Shown here piece by piece: positions 1 to 12,595 of a stretch of 64,000 nt of DNA. Position 1 is the first letter of the stretch. Each line of letters opens with the position of its first letter. The stretch is from NCBI RefSeq assembly GCF_011745625.1, contig NW_027191488.1, forward strand, positions 124,001-188,000, in the 5' to 3' direction. The translations under genes were made by a program, and so were the position numbers. The stretch comes from Cladosporium halotolerans. Its lineage: Eukaryota. The notes below the pieces were generated by a model that saw nothing but the letters and a program-made list of their open reading frames with translations, did no database searches and had not been told where the DNA came from.

Positions 1-254
1 ACATTAATCTCTTCCCGCTCGACGGTCAAGAGAACCGCGATCGTCAAGCTTCGCAGTGCCTCTCGGATGATCTCCAGGGGTTGGCGATCTTTCCCCCCAA
101 ACCGAAGCCTGCGGACTCAATGTTCGGCGCCAACGAGCCTTGGAACGAGGGCCTGTCCAACTTCCATTACCGCAGTGACTTGGACCCGACCGAGCTCGAA
201 TGAAGCGCCGCTTTCGCGGTCTGCCTTCAGCCCCGCAGCACTTTTCCCGACGCT

Positions 255-995
255 TCAGCCGCGCCAGATGCGCACAATGACAAGCTTTTCCCACCCAGCC
301 TTCTTTCCACTAGACCCAACAGTCTCCGCGCACCATCCAGCCGGCCACGCACGAATGCGCTCTTTGACCGCTTCCGGCTTATTCTGCGCACAAAGCAGCA
401 CATACGCCACGCCCCGCGCGCTCAGCACGCCCGGCAACCGCTCCAGCAACCGATCCGTCGTTTCCATCCCATCCTCGCCACCCGCATACGAAAGCTCAAG
501 CAACTTCGAGTCCCGCTCAAACACCTCCGGCGACGCCATGGCCTCCGCGTCCAGCGGCGCCGGCAGCGTCTCCGTCGGCACGTACGGCGGGTTGAACACC
601 AGAACATCCACTTCTCCATCTTTGACGCACGACGTCAAATCCCCCTCCACTACATCCAGGAACGCCGCCCGCGGCTCAGCCTGCTCCGCCACCGCGCCCC
701 GCACTGTCTGCGCCGCTGCTCTCGCGGCAAGCGCATTCACATCCGTGCCGAGGAAGGCGACGTCCGCGCGGCCGAAGATCGTCTGCGCGTTCGCGGCCGC
801 GAAGGCGAGGACGACGCCGGAGCCGACGCCGACTTCGAGGACGAGGGGGCTGGGCGTTGAGGGGGAGGGGAAGTGGGAGGCGAGGAAGGCGGTTTCGCTG
901 GCGGAGGAGAGCGTGTCGAGGAGCAGGTAGGAGTCTTCGGCGGGCTCGTAGATGGCGTCGAAGGAGACGTGGGTTGTTGAGGGGGTTGGGAGCAT
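255..995 (-). CDS. MTQ2: HemK-family eRF1 glutamine N5-methyltransferase (Mtq2/N6AMT1)
   Basis: Intronless 246 aa ORF with IYEPAEDSYLLLD N-terminus, SAM-binding LEVGVGSG and catalytic FNPPY motifs. Confidence 0.93.
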   Translation of the reverse strand: MLPTPSTTHVSFDAIYEPAEDSYLLLDTLSSASETAFLASHFPSPSTPSPLVLEVGVGSGVVLAFAAANAQTIFGRADVAFLGTDVNALAARAAAQTVRGAVAEQAEPRAAFLDVVEGDLTSCVKDGEVDVLVFNPPYVPTETLPAPLDAEAMASPEVFERDSKLLELSYAGGEDGMETTDRLLERLPGVLSARGVAYVLLCAQNKPEAVKERIRAWPAGWCAETVGSSGKKAGWEKLVIVRIWRG

Positions 996-1531
996 CTTTA
1001 GTTTTATTTTTCGTGGCTTGACTCCAGAATTTATTTGAAGTTCTCTTTAAATTTGAGATTTTGAGCAAGGCTGGCGGGCAGGCTGTTTGATGGTTTTCGC
1101 GATTCTTTCTTTCTCCGCAGGAGGCTTGGGGTCTCTTTGATGGGTTGGATTTTGGAGCGAGAACTTCGATGTCGCTTATGCTGATTTTGGCGATCTTGTA
1201 AGGTTGGTTGAGCAACCTGGCTTGAAGACAGTACACTCGTCTTCTCTTGAAAAGACGAAGAAGGCAACGAATACAAGGGATGATAATGTAAGCACTAGCA
1301 ACGGTCTTCAAGGGTCTCCAATGCGACTCGTGCAGAGAAGTTCAAGCCCGCAGCCAGTTTCGGCGCTCGATGACGTCGGCACCGCCCGGCTCTGGCTCTG
1401 GCTTCAACTCGACCTCCCATTGACATCCAATACACAAAACTCCGCCATCAACCTCCCCCTACTGTACATTACACCTTGATACCCAGCATCCTCGCCTCTC
1501 ATCAACCCCCACCACCTGTTCGCCAGCAACC

Positions 1532-1960
1532 ATGCGCCCCGCCCTCCGCCTCCTCGCAACCCCCACCTCCCTCTCCAAAGGCCTCAAACCCGAACCCCTC
1601 GCCCTCCTGCCCCCGATCCCCCTCTACCGCCGCCTGCTCCGCGCCCACCGCAAACACCTCCCCGCCGAAATGCGCCTGCTCGGCGATGAGTACGTCAAGG
1701 CCGAGTTCCGCGCGCACCAGAAGATCGACAACCCCGTGCACATCGTGGGCTTCTTGACCGAGTGGCAGGGCTACGCGCAGATGGTCGAGGGCGATAATTG
1801 GCGGGGCGAGAAGATGGATAAGGCCAAGGTCGACAAGATGAGCGACGAGCAGGTCGCGCAGATGTATGAGCTTATGAGGAGTATTCGCGAGAGGGAGGTG
1901 GAGGGGAATGAGGCGGAGGTGGAGGCTAGGAGGGCGGCGGAGAGGGAGGGGAAGAATTGA
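1532..1960 (+). CDS. SDH7: Succinate dehydrogenase assembly factor 3 (Sdh7/Acn9, LYR family)
   Basis: 142 aa; basic mitochondrial presequence, LYRRLLRAHR (LYR motif), LGDEYVKAEFRAH, FLTEWQ. Confidence 0.9.
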   Translation: MRPALRLLATPTSLSKGLKPEPLALLPPIPLYRRLLRAHRKHLPAEMRLLGDEYVKAEFRAHQKIDNPVHIVGFLTEWQGYAQMVEGDNWRGEKMDKAKVDKMSDEQVAQMYELMRSIREREVEGNEAEVEARRAAEREGKN

Positions 1961-2299
1961 TGTGGTGCTTCTTTGTTTCGGGAGCGGAGCATAGGAGGCG
2001 CAGCGGGAGGTGTGGGTTGGGTTGATGGAGTTGGGTGGCATGTGAATGCACATGATTGTGTGGTCATGATGGCTTGAGTTTGGTGCTCGAACTATCGAGC
2101 TTGCGGCCTGCCGGAGAACGATCACGCGACTGCTAGCAATGTTTGCGAGCAAACTTGTCAGCCTTTGTCGCGCGGAAGGCCGTCGACCCAGAAGAAACAT
2201 CAATGGCGTACGTGAGCTGGCGGAACCACTTCACACCAATCGCAATCGCCATTCTCGAACACCACCCGCCAACAACCACAACTTCGCACGCAACCACAA

Positions 2300-2676
2300 A
2301 TGTGCACGACCCGCCTCCGCCACTCGCCAACCTGCGGCCACACCTGGTACATCACCCTCTCTCACGCCGCCCAAACCCTTCCAACCAACTAACACCAACC
2401 CCCAGGCTCGAACTCCTCACCCCCTGCCAACCAACCCACAACCTCCTCACCTGCCCCGACTTCTCCGCGCGCCAGCCCCGCGGCCCAGCGAGCATCCCGC
2501 ACCTCCACGGCCTGCCCTGCTGCACGCCCGAATGGGCCTGCCCGCGCTGCGGCCCCGCCAAGCCCGACATGCGCTTCAAACGGGTTTGCGAATTCCGCCA
2601 GGCTGGCGTGAGGGTCGGCCGGGATGCTGGGAGGGATGGAGCCGGGCAGGACATCGTTTGCTGTGCTGTTATGTGA
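2300..2676 (+). CDS. Small cysteine-rich protein (MC-x9-CGH, CxxC) with C-terminal CaaX box, 105 aa
   Basis: ATG 2300; intron 2347-2405 (GTACAT..ACTAAC..CAG) joins MCTTRLRHSPTCGHTW in frame to LELLTPC...CPRC...IVCCAVM. Confidence 0.75.
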
Positions 2677-3492
2677 TTTTGCGCCGGGATGTGGAGGGCT
2701 TGGTGAGTGAGGTCGGGTGATGTGGGGGAAAGTTCGCGGGTCTGGGCGACGGGCTGGGCACGCGTGGGTTCGGGTTTCTGGGCGATGGGGGCTTTTGCTT
2801 GTTGGGTAGGGGTGATGAATGATTACGAGTGGGTAGAGAGAGTGGGAATTCTGTTTTGTGGGGATTGATGTATTGATAGAGGGCTGTACAGGAGTCGCAT
2901 AGATTGTACAAATACATTGTGGAGTTGAAGACGAAGACGCAGCGACGCTTCTCAGCGGAGTCGCGATTCGTGATCACAAGATTGCTGCTGATCGCTGCTT
3001 GCTTGAGTTGCCTGGCATGCTGGAATGACCTCTTGTGAGTTGTGAAGAGCACAGAAGCGCTGGTAGCTGCTGGATGAAATGCGCGACTGGCGAGATCTTC
3101 GAAATTGCACATCGCCATTTGGACAGGAAATGACCGCCGGGCTTCGGAGTAGGTTGGGTATATATGGGAAGGAGCAACATGTTGCCGCTTCCTTTGTGCT
3201 TGGCTTGAGACTGGGTATTTGAGGCCAAGGGTCCGTCCTCACTCGAACTTTGTCTGGTATATCGAATCACGATATGTGTCTTGGGCGGGATATGAGTGGC
3301 TGACTTGAGGGAACGGCTGTCCTCATGTCATCATAAAAGAAATTGTACTCTGAAAGGGTGACAACGCCTATAAGTGTAGGGCATTTCAATTCCAACAGCC
3401 GCGAGACGCCCTTAAGAGTCCGTATGTCAACACCGCAAAGAAAGCAATCAATATCATCAGGTTCATCGGGCTCACGGACAGTTGAACAATCC

Positions 3493-4473
3493 ATGTCGCA
3501 AGCCTGTACCGATATGACGTCTTACGTTAGCACTCGGTTTCTGATCATCTCTGACACCCATGGAGATGATTTGATCCACAAACCTGCTGGCAAGTTCGAC
3601 GTTGCCATCCACTGCGGCGACTTGACCGAAGAATCGAAGCTCGAAGAGTTCAAGACCTCTCTGAACTTGATGCTCGAAATCGATGCCCCGTTGAAACTGG
3701 TCATCGCCGGCAATCATGACTTCTCAATGGACGCCCCAATACTCCTAGACAAGCTTAAAGATCATACCACCAGCGAAGACGCGGCTCTGGTCAAGAAAGT
3801 CTATGGCGACGCTGGCGAAGCACGAGCTCTATTCGAGACCGACAAGTGCAAAGCTGCTGGCTTGGTCTTCCTCGACGAGGGCACTTACACTTTCACGCTC
3901 GCCAACGGCGCATGTCTGTCGGTGTACGCATCGCCGTACACGGCGTCGTCTTCCTGCACCTGGGGCTTCCAGTATCGCTCCAAGGAGGAACATGGCTGGA
4001 TAATCCCGCCAGATACCGACGTGGTGATCACACACTCACCACCAAAAGGCGTTCTGGATTACACAGACTCAAGGAACCGCGCTGGCAGCCCCAGTCTCTT
4101 CGCAGCTATCGCTCGTGTGAAGCCTAAAATGCACTGCTTCGGTCACATCCATGAGGCTTGGGGCGCAAAGCTCGTGGCATGGCGCGAGACCTTAAGCGAA
4201 GCGCCGTCGCACTTCACGGATATCGACAATGATCGGTCGAGTCCCATCGAGAGCCTGGCGGGTCTCCGGGTGAGAAAATTCGATGCTCCAGGGGTGATTG
4301 CCGAGAAGAAAGCGAAGGTCGAGGAGTATGACCTCCAAGGATGTTGCGAGATTCGCGAGAGAGTGGATCCCGGGAAGACGCTATTCGTCAACGCTGCTAT
4401 TGAGGGCCCTGAGGAGGGCGTGCAGCAGCACCCTTGGGTAGTTGAGATCGATCTTCCGCGGAGCATAGCCTAG
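3493..4473 (+). CDS. Calcineurin-like metallophosphoesterase (MPPED-like)
   Basis: Motifs SDTH, HCGD, GNHD, THSPP, FGHIHE; start is ATG 3493 or 3514. Confidence 0.88.
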   Translation: MSQACTDMTSYVSTRFLIISDTHGDDLIHKPAGKFDVAIHCGDLTEESKLEEFKTSLNLMLEIDAPLKLVIAGNHDFSMDAPILLDKLKDHTTSEDAALVKKVYGDAGEARALFETDKCKAAGLVFLDEGTYTFTLANGACLSVYASPYTASSSCTWGFQYRSKEEHGWIIPPDTDVVITHSPPKGVLDYTDSRNRAGSPSLFAAIARVKPKMHCFGHIHEAWGAKLVAWRETLSEAPSHFTDIDNDRSSPIESLAGLRVRKFDAPGVIAEKKAKVEEYDLQGCCEIRERVDPGKTLFVNAAIEGPEEGVQQHPWVVEIDLPRSIA

Positions 4474-5676
4474 GAAAATGGAAAACTTGCGCCGGTGATT
4501 AATAACGTTGAAGAAGTCTTGGTGGTCTTACTCGTAGAACAGAATTCAACATCCTAGTCTTCAAACAGTCGAGAAGCTCAGCTCCACCTACCCACACTTC
4601 TCACGTGGTGACCGACAGACGTTGGAACAAGGGAGGCCGCCTGCACGGGCCGTCAACGCCACCCACGCACGCCAAACCTGGTCGCGCTCGTGACGGCTTG
4701 CCGCTCGTTACCACATCGAGGCAACCGGGCAAGCGAATATAGGGCTGCACTCTCCGGACCAGCCGATTAGGCGACCTGCCCCGAGATTGACCTGTCGCGT
4801 CCATGTCGAGTTTCTCCGTCCATCCCAACGCTGCGACACCTGACGACGTGGCGCGGCGAACGGGCCTTTAGGTTGAGACAAGCAAACGCCCAAACGCCGT
4901 CGCGCCGCCTTGTGTGCAAATGCCGTGCCGATGGACAGGCAACAAACCCTGCAAGCGTTGCCAATATCTTCACCTCTGACCGCTCATGACTCGACGATGT
5001 AACGCTGTGGGCTGAGCCTTGTGGCCGCCTACGCCGCCCTTCCAACAGTCTCCGACATATGCGAGCTCAAACGTACGCGGAGATGGCGATTCGCCCAGAT
5101 CATTGGCCGTCAGCTTAGGGTTTTTTCGCCTGTCAGCCGCGTCGTTTACGTCGGATACGACCCTCCCGAGCTGGAGAACAAGTAATGCCCTCCCACGTGA
5201 TAGGGCATAGCTCTCCAATCCGAAATTCAGGATGGCGCCAAGTCCTTGAACGGACACATCGGGCAATGGAGTTGTCAATCGCGCCGCAGCATCGTCGGCC
5301 GACATGCTTGTCCCGACCAGAATTCTGGAGACTCCATGCCCCGTTGTCCACATCCCGAGCGCTAACTCCACCCCGTCCCTTCTCCAGAGGCCAAACCCCC
5401 TGGGCGCGAAGCAGTCCCCACGGCACAAGCGGAGAGCCCACGCGCAAATCGCTTGCGGTGGTGTGGAGAACGAACGGAGTTTGGAGATTGGAGGCGAGGA
5501 GAAACTGCTGCGTCGAAGGATGGTGGTGGCAGGGTTTGTAGCTGTTGGCCTCAAGTGCCGCCTATCCGTGCGTTTCGCCGTCGATATAATATGTCGGTGA
5601 CCCTCCTCTGATAGATTTTGCTCGCTCCCTGTTTCTTTCTTTCACACCTGTGCTTGGCCTGCACTGTGAGGCAACC

Positions 5677-7620
5677 ATGTACACCATCAGCAATATTTAT
5701 GTGATCGCTGCCGTCGCCGTCATTGGCGGCGGTTTGTTCGGTATGGCTGTCCAGGGGACGCAATGTCGTACGGGCAAAGCTAACACGGAGCAGGTTTCGA
5801 TATCTCTTCTATGAGTGCTATTCTTGGTGAGATACCTCGCCTGAGCTGGTCGATACGTAATACGAACTGACAGAGCTTCAAGGCACGCAAGCCTACAAGT
5901 GCTATTTCAACCAGGGCGGTATTGATGAAGATGGCAACTGCCAAGGCCCGAGCACAGGTGTACAGGGAGGCATCACAGCAGCCATGACCGCTGGCTCGTG
6001 GCTTGGTGCATTGATTTCGGGCTACCTGTCAGATATCCTGGGCAGGAAGAAAGCCATCATGATTGGCTGCGTGATCTGGATTATCGGCTCGGCGATCATC
6101 TGCGCTTCCCAGAACATTGCCATGCTTATCGTTGGACGTATTATCAACGGCTTCTGCGTGGGCATTCAGTCCGCCCAGGTCCCTGTCTACATCAGCGAGT
6201 GTGTGCCGCCGACGAAGCGTGGTCGCCTTGTCGGTCTGCAACAGTGGGCCATCACCTGGGGCATCTTGATCCTCTACTAGTGAGTATCAACCATTCTGAT
6301 GTGCATTTGCTTAGCTAACATGTATCAGCGTTTCTTACGGAGCTTCGTTCGTTGGTGGAAGAACTCCTTACGACTACAGCACCGCTGTTTTCCGCATTCC
6401 GTATGTTTCTGTTACCCAACTCTTATCGCCAAAGCATTGACTAATCAACTTCCAGCTGGGGTATTCAAATGGTCCCTGCAGTCCTCCTCCTTGGATTCAT
6501 GATCTTCATGCCCGAGTCACCTCGTTGGCTTGCCCGCAAAGATCGATGGGAGGAGACTCACCGCATCCTTACCCTCATCCACGGCAAGGGTGACCCGGAC
6601 AGCCCTTTCGTCCAGTACGAGTTGAATGACATCAAGGAAATGTGTGCTAGAGACGCCCAGTTCGCGGATGTCACCTATTGGGAGCTGTTCTACCCCAAGA
6701 ACATCTACCGAAGTACGTATCTTGAGATTGCCGACCTGATCAAACCAAGCTAACGATCCCTGCAGCCCACATTGGCATGTTTACTCAGATCTGGTCTCAG
6801 CTTACTGGCATGAACGTCATGATGTAGGTCGGCATTCGTCCTGTTACCACCGAACAGCTTTACTTACAGATTCCGCAGGTACTACATCACCTACATCTTT
6901 GCCATGGCCGGCTACTCAGGCGATGCCAACCTCCTCGCCTCGTCCATTCAGTACATCATCAACGTCGTCATGACTGTCCCTGCTTTGATCTGGATGGACC
7001 GCTGGGGTCGCCGCAAGCCGCTTATCATCGGTGCCTTCCTCATGATGACATTCATGTTCGCCAACGCCGGCATGATGGGCGGCACTGGAGAGGTCGTTCC
7101 CGGCGGCATCGACAACGTCCCGCAACAATCCATGAGAGTCTCCGGCGCCCCTGCCAAGGGTCTCATCGCCTGCACATACCTCTTCGTTGCCAGCTACGCC
7201 ATGACCTGGGGTCCTGTCTCCTGGGTCTACCCGCCCGAGGTCTACCCCCTCCGTGTCCGTGGCAAGGCCGTCGCGCTGGCTACCAGTGCCAACTGGGCCT
7301 TCAACACCGCGCTCGGCGCTTTCGTGCCGACTGCTTTCGAGACGATCAGGTGGAAGGTGTACATCATCTTCGGCGTCTTCAACCTGGCCATGCTGATCCA
7401 CGCCGCCCTGCTGTTCCCTGAGACTGCTGGCAAGACGCTCGAGGAGACGCAGCTGATGTTCGAGGACCCGAATGGCATCCCGTATGTCGGCACGCCTGCC
7501 TGGAAGACGACGAAGGCTACCAACCACATGGCCCAGGTCGAGAGGGGCAATGTTGGCAAGGCTATGGATGATGAGAAGAGCGTTGATGAAGCTGGCACTG
7601 TGGAGGTTAAGGGTGCATAG
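5677..7620 (+). CDS. MFS sugar porter (high-affinity glucose transporter-like), six introns
   Basis: MYTISNIYVIAAVAVIGGGLFGFD start; LGRKK, PESPRWL, QLTGMNVMMYY, DRWGRR, PETAGKTLEE motifs; intron donors near 5741, 5828, 6280, 6401, 6713, 6824. Confidence 0.93.
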
Positions 7621-8446
7621 ATGGCGAGCAATTCTACATGGAGAAGATTGTAGAAGGTTCGAGCTGTACATGAATACAGGACTAAGCATTGGCTACAAGG
7701 TTACCTTATGTAGACTTCCTGTCACAGTGAGAGTGCGATCGTTCGCTACCAATTTATAATTCTGAACTTCCTCGGCTGCGTGAGTTACAGATCTTGGCTG
7801 CGACGTATTTTGGATCTATGATCAAGACGACTGAATAAGAATGATGCACAGTGCTCACATCCATTGTTCACTGCAATATTCGCTAGTCTCCACAATCATA
7901 TCCGCCGTCTGGGTTAGGAGCACGCCATAGGGCCATTCGCTTGGAGATCAGCGCGAGTGCTCATCCTCGTCGAAATATTCGCAAATCATTCGATGCATCC
8001 CGGAATCTACAGTACTCATATCGATGTCCTGCAGTGGTGTGTGATGCTTTGTCGGAACGGACTTGGCTCATGGGCGCTTTGTCAGCCGGGATGAACGCGA
8101 CGCTGGAGATGCGAGATGACAAAGTCCGGGCTTCACCATCCTTGCGTCTTCCTATCGCTTATACATCACTGGAGAATGGCAAAATTTCCGCAATCAGCTT
8201 ACTCTTGCTCCCGTTGTTCATGGCTTCAGGTGGCCTAATCCGGATGCCGGATGACCCGAAAGACCGGTCGAGTGTGGGACATCAAGCTGTGTGGTTGGCA
8301 GCTGCTCTGCAGCCACAGCAAAGCTACTTTCGATGTATATATAGCGTGATGCGACGGGACATGACATTGGATCGTAGTCAATCATTCCTCGTGAGACTCA
8401 ACTTCTGATTGCCCTCTCATTATCACACCTGCCCCTCACAGCAACC

Positions 8447-9251
8447 ATGAGCGAACCCATCGCCTTCATTATCGGAGCAGGTAAGAACATCGGTGCCGGC
8501 ACCGCAGACGCCCTCCGATCCAGAAGCTACCGCATCGCTCTCGCTGCTCGCTCTCTCAAAAATGGAGACAGCAAAGACGGCAACCTCCTGCTCAGCCTAG
8601 ACCTGACTAAGCCCGACGCGGTTTCCAACGCGTTCGCTACCGTTCGCAAAGAATGGGGCGAGCCGAGTGTCGTTCACTACAACGGTATGCCGTCTCAAAT
8701 GTGTGTCGACTTTGCCGCATACTGACAACCATCGTAGCCGCAGCAGCACACTTCACTAGCGCCGAGGACGTCGTCGCGACGTCCGTACCAGACTTTGCCC
8801 AAGACCTCGTGATCAATACCACGAGCGTGTACGCCGCGATCAAAGAGTCCTTGGCCGGCTTCGATGCGTTGCCTGCTTCGACCCCTAAAGCCTTCTTCTA
8901 CACCGGCAACATCCTCAACGAAGGACCTAGACCGGGTCTCTTGACGCTCGGCGTGGGCAAGGTTGCATCTGCGCAGATCATCGAGCTCGCTGATGATGCC
9001 TATGGGAAGAAGGGGTACAGGTGAGTCTGGGATGGACGTAGCATCCTGTGACGAGACGCTGATGAATGATTCATAGGTTCTTTTATGTCGATGAGAGGAA
9101 GGCGGACGGGAGCTCGAAGGGCACCACGATTGATGGACCGGCGCACGGGGAGTTCATTGCTTCGCTGATTGATGGTGGAAACGATGTGCCGTGGCAAGCG
9201 ACTTTCGTTGCTGGCAAGGGATATGTCAAGTTTCCCAGGGCTCAATTGTAG
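8447..9251 (+). CDS. Short-chain dehydrogenase/reductase, two introns
   Basis: Rossmann IIGAGKNIG, VHYNAA; exons correspond to ORFs 8447, 8653 and 9066, joined by GT-AG introns. Confidence 0.85.
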
Positions 9252-9448
9252 TCGGATGAGAATAAAGAGATGGGATCTTCGTTGTTCATGAGTCCCTCAG
9301 TTCGTACAAACTCAGTCCACCGGAAATGGCGACGAGCTGACAATGGTTCCAACATGCGATCTACTTGAATATTCAATGTGTTATTTATATTGGCGAGCCA
9401 TCCACACATCCAAAGCTTGACCGCCTATCTCACTCAACGATCACTCGT

Positions 9449-11237
9449 TCAAAATAGCCTCATCCCTGCACTGCCTCCTCCAGTCGTCACATTCCCCAAC
9501 ACAGTCCCATTCCCATCCGCCTGCGCCGCCCAAGCATCCTCCAGCGCCCACACGCCCACACTAACAGTCGCGTTGGCCGCAACCCCCGCCGCGCCCAACC
9601 TCATAACATCCAGCGGCCTCGTCGAGTAAAAGGTCATCGTGCCGCTCTGCTCAGCGCCGTTGACGAAGACCTCCAGAATCGAGCGATCGATCACGCCGCT
9701 GATCGTCCACGACCCGTTCTCCGCGCCGCTGTACAGCCCCGACGCGGAGAACTTGTCGCTGAAGTATGGATTGTCGAAGGCGTTGGTGTGGCCGCGGTCG
9801 AGCCACGTGTCGCCGTTGACGCTCGTGCCGCCCGTGACGAACTCGCCCGAGACGCTGGAGGAGAAGGTGAAGTTCAGCGTCGTGCTTGGGGTCGCGGTCG
9901 AGGGGCTGAGGTTGGTGATGTTCGCTTCGAAGTAAAGGGCTCCGGAGGGCACGGTGGAGTAGTCTATGAGGACCGAGGAGTTGCCTAGGCTGCTGTTGAA
10001 TGCGAGCTCGTGGCTGATGACTGATTGGAGGTTGTAAGGTTCGCTGACGAGGACGTAGCCGATGCGGGTGGCGTTTTTGAGGTAATTGATGCGTGGGAGG
10101 GACATTTGGCTGCGCCAGCCTTCGGTTTCGCCCGGGGGAACTTGCTGGGTGCTGTCCGATATTAGCACTTCCTTTGTCACTCCAAAGGTGTCCTTCCAAC
10201 TCACTATTGCCAATTTGATGCCCAAGCGATCGAAATCTGCTTCTGATCTCCAGGAATCCCATAAAACCACTGCCCAGCATAATTATCCTTCGCAAAATCC
10301 GCGATCCTCGCCGCGCCATCGAACGGCACAAAATGCGTCCCGTTGAACTCGCCCGGAAAGTACTCGGTGATACTGCCTCCCAGCGGCGCACCAGGGTTGA
10401 TCGAAAGTGCCAGTAGCCAAACCGGTTCGTCCGCGCCCTCCATCGGCATCTCGACCAGATTCGGGCATTCGTATTGCAGTCCCAGCAAGCCGATGTTGCT
10501 CAGGTTAGAACCGTGGGTCCACTCGCGCAAGTTGGGCGACGTGTAGAAGCCAAAGGTGAAGTCGACGGCGTATGCGATGACCATGACCCAGCGGTCAGAG
10601 GGCGCGTGCCAAATGACCTTCGGGTCGCGGAATTGGTTGGAGTCGGAGGCGATGACGGGGTTGTCGGCGTACGTCTCGAAGGTGTAGCCGCCGTCGCGGC
10701 TGTAGGCTATGGCTTGCTGCTGCGGACCTTGCACGCCACCTGGGTACTCGGCCAGGGTGTAGATCGCTACGACACCATTGTCCTGATCCGGGAAGAAGCC
10801 GGAGGTGTTGTTCACGTCGATCACGGAAGAGCCGGAGAAGACAAAGGTGAAGTTGTTGGGCGTCCAGAGGGCTATCTTTTGGTTTTCCCAGTGGTAGAGG
10901 TCGGTTGATGTCTGGACGAGTGATCAGTAAACGTCAGAGCAGGTGGGAGGGGAGTTGTTCTCACGGCATGGCCCCAATGCTGGTTGCCAGCCACAACGCC
11001 TGTGGCATCGTATTGATAATAAAGGTGCCAAGTGCCATTCGCATCGACGAACATTCCGTTGGGATCATTCATGAAATTGATGGGAGGACTGAAGTGTACC
11101 CTGGGTCTATAGGCGCCAGTATAGTTGCCTGGTACTGGGGCATCAGTAGGAACACCAGGCGAGAAGAATGTGCTCGTCTGTGCAATAGCATGGTTAGCGA
11201 GGCCAACGGCCACCATAGCAATGATCACAGAAAACAT
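9449..11237 (-). CDS. Secreted GH32 beta-fructofuranosidase (invertase/inulinase family), two introns
   Basis: Signal peptide; catalytic motifs FMNDPNG, FSGS, FRDPKV, YECP; C-terminal beta-sandwich with DRSILEVF. Confidence 0.93.
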
Positions 11238-11668
11238 CTTGAGATATTGAGGTCGTCTCTCGACTTCCGTCGGAAGATGGCCCGTTCCATGGTTGCTGGC
11301 AGGCCTACTTATCCTTAGCGAGCAAGATCTGGAAATCGGCTATCGAAGAACGTACCCCTCACCTTGATCCTTGGCCATTGCGGATGGGGCATTTTTACAA
11401 GCTGCTCGATGCGTGCAGTGGCTTGTCGCCCCATCTCGGCTGGCCGATTGTCGAATGCAAGCTCGCGTGGGGCACCGCACGCCGTCTCGTATTGTTTTAA
11501 TTGGGAGTTTGTTCGGCATTTGCATCAGGAACGGTCGATTAAGTTGCAGAATGAAAGTTGACCTATGTCTCGAGTTCAGCAGAGAATGGAGAATGGTGTA
11601 GGTTATTGCGCACGTGTAGTATTAGAAAAGTCGTCAGAGTACGCTTTTTTCCTCGTAGATCGTCTACC

Positions 11669-12595
11669 TTACTTCAAGAAGAATTCCTTCAAACATGTCG
11701 CCAACCGCTCCGGCTTCTCGAGCGCTAACGAATGCCCACACTCCTCAAAGACCTCCGACCTCTCCACCTTCTCAGCCAACTTCAGAATGCCATCTTTCAC
11801 CGTTGGCCCAAAGAACTCCGGCGCGCCAATCGTCATAATCGGCAGCGTCAGCTTCCCCTTCGTCTCCAGCAACTCCCTATGCAGCTCGCCATTCTTGAAC
11901 CCCGCGCGATACGTCTCAAGAATCCCACGCAAACACCCCGGCTGCTTGACGGCCTCGATCCAGTGGTTCAGCGCAACGGGCTCGATGGATGTCGGGTTGT
12001 AGCACTCCTGCTTCATGAACATCTCCCAGAACTCGCGCTCGTGGCCGGAGATCAGCATCTCCGGCACGTGCGGCAGGTAGAAGAAGCCCAGGTGCCAGCA
12101 CCAGACGCCGCGCTTCTCGTACTGCGCGCTGACGTTCTCGGGCGTCCAGAAGGAGCTTTCTTCCAGTCCGAAGCCCGACACGAGCATTTCGCAGAAGGAC
12201 AGCTTGAGCACGCGCTCGCGGTACTTGGAGGCGGTCGCGTAGGCGTAGTCGGCGCCGCGGTCTTCGCCGTGCAGGTAGAATTCCTCGTGCCCGAGCTGGG
12301 TCATGAGCTCGGCGACGTCGTCGGCGTTGGTCACGGAGTCGTAGCCATCGGTCGTGGGAGGTTTGTCGGTGTAGCCGAAGCCGCGGAGGTCGGGGGCCAC
12401 GATTGTGAAGTGTTCTGTTAGGAGCGGGAAGACCTTGTACCAGTAGAAACTGTCTTTGGGTGTTCCGTGGAGTAGGAGTAATGCTGGGCCCTTGCCGGCT
12501 GTGATGTAGTGGAGGCGAATGCCATTGACGCGAGCGCGTCCGTGGTGAACCGCTTTGCCAGCGTAATCGTATGTTTCCGCTTGAAGGTCCGACAT
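11669..12595 (-). CDS. Alpha/beta hydrolase, epoxide hydrolase/haloacetate dehalogenase-like
   Basis: Intronless 308 aa; LLHGTP oxyanion motif, DLRGFG, nucleophile elbow HGEDRGA, catalytic CGH. Confidence 0.87.
   Translation of the reverse strand: MSDLQAETYDYAGKAVHHGRARVNGIRLHYITAGKGPALLLLHGTPKDSFYWYKVFPLLTEHFTIVAPDLRGFGYTDKPPTTDGYDSVTNADDVAELMTQLGHEEFYLHGEDRGADYAYATASKYRERVLKLSFCEMLVSGFGLEESSFWTPENVSAQYEKRGVWCWHLGFFYLPHVPEMLISGHEREFWEMFMKQECYNPTSIEPVALNHWIEAVKQPGCLRGILETYRAGFKNGELHRELLETKGKLTLPIMTIGAPEFFGPTVKDGILKLAEKVERSEVFEECGHSLALEKPERLATCLKEFFLK

Noticed and set aside
67..930. 287 aa plus-strand ORF and similar long antisense ORFs (e.g. 6916-7689, 18758-19636, 60325-61140)
   Set aside because: They are antisense shadows of real GC-rich genes and have no motifs
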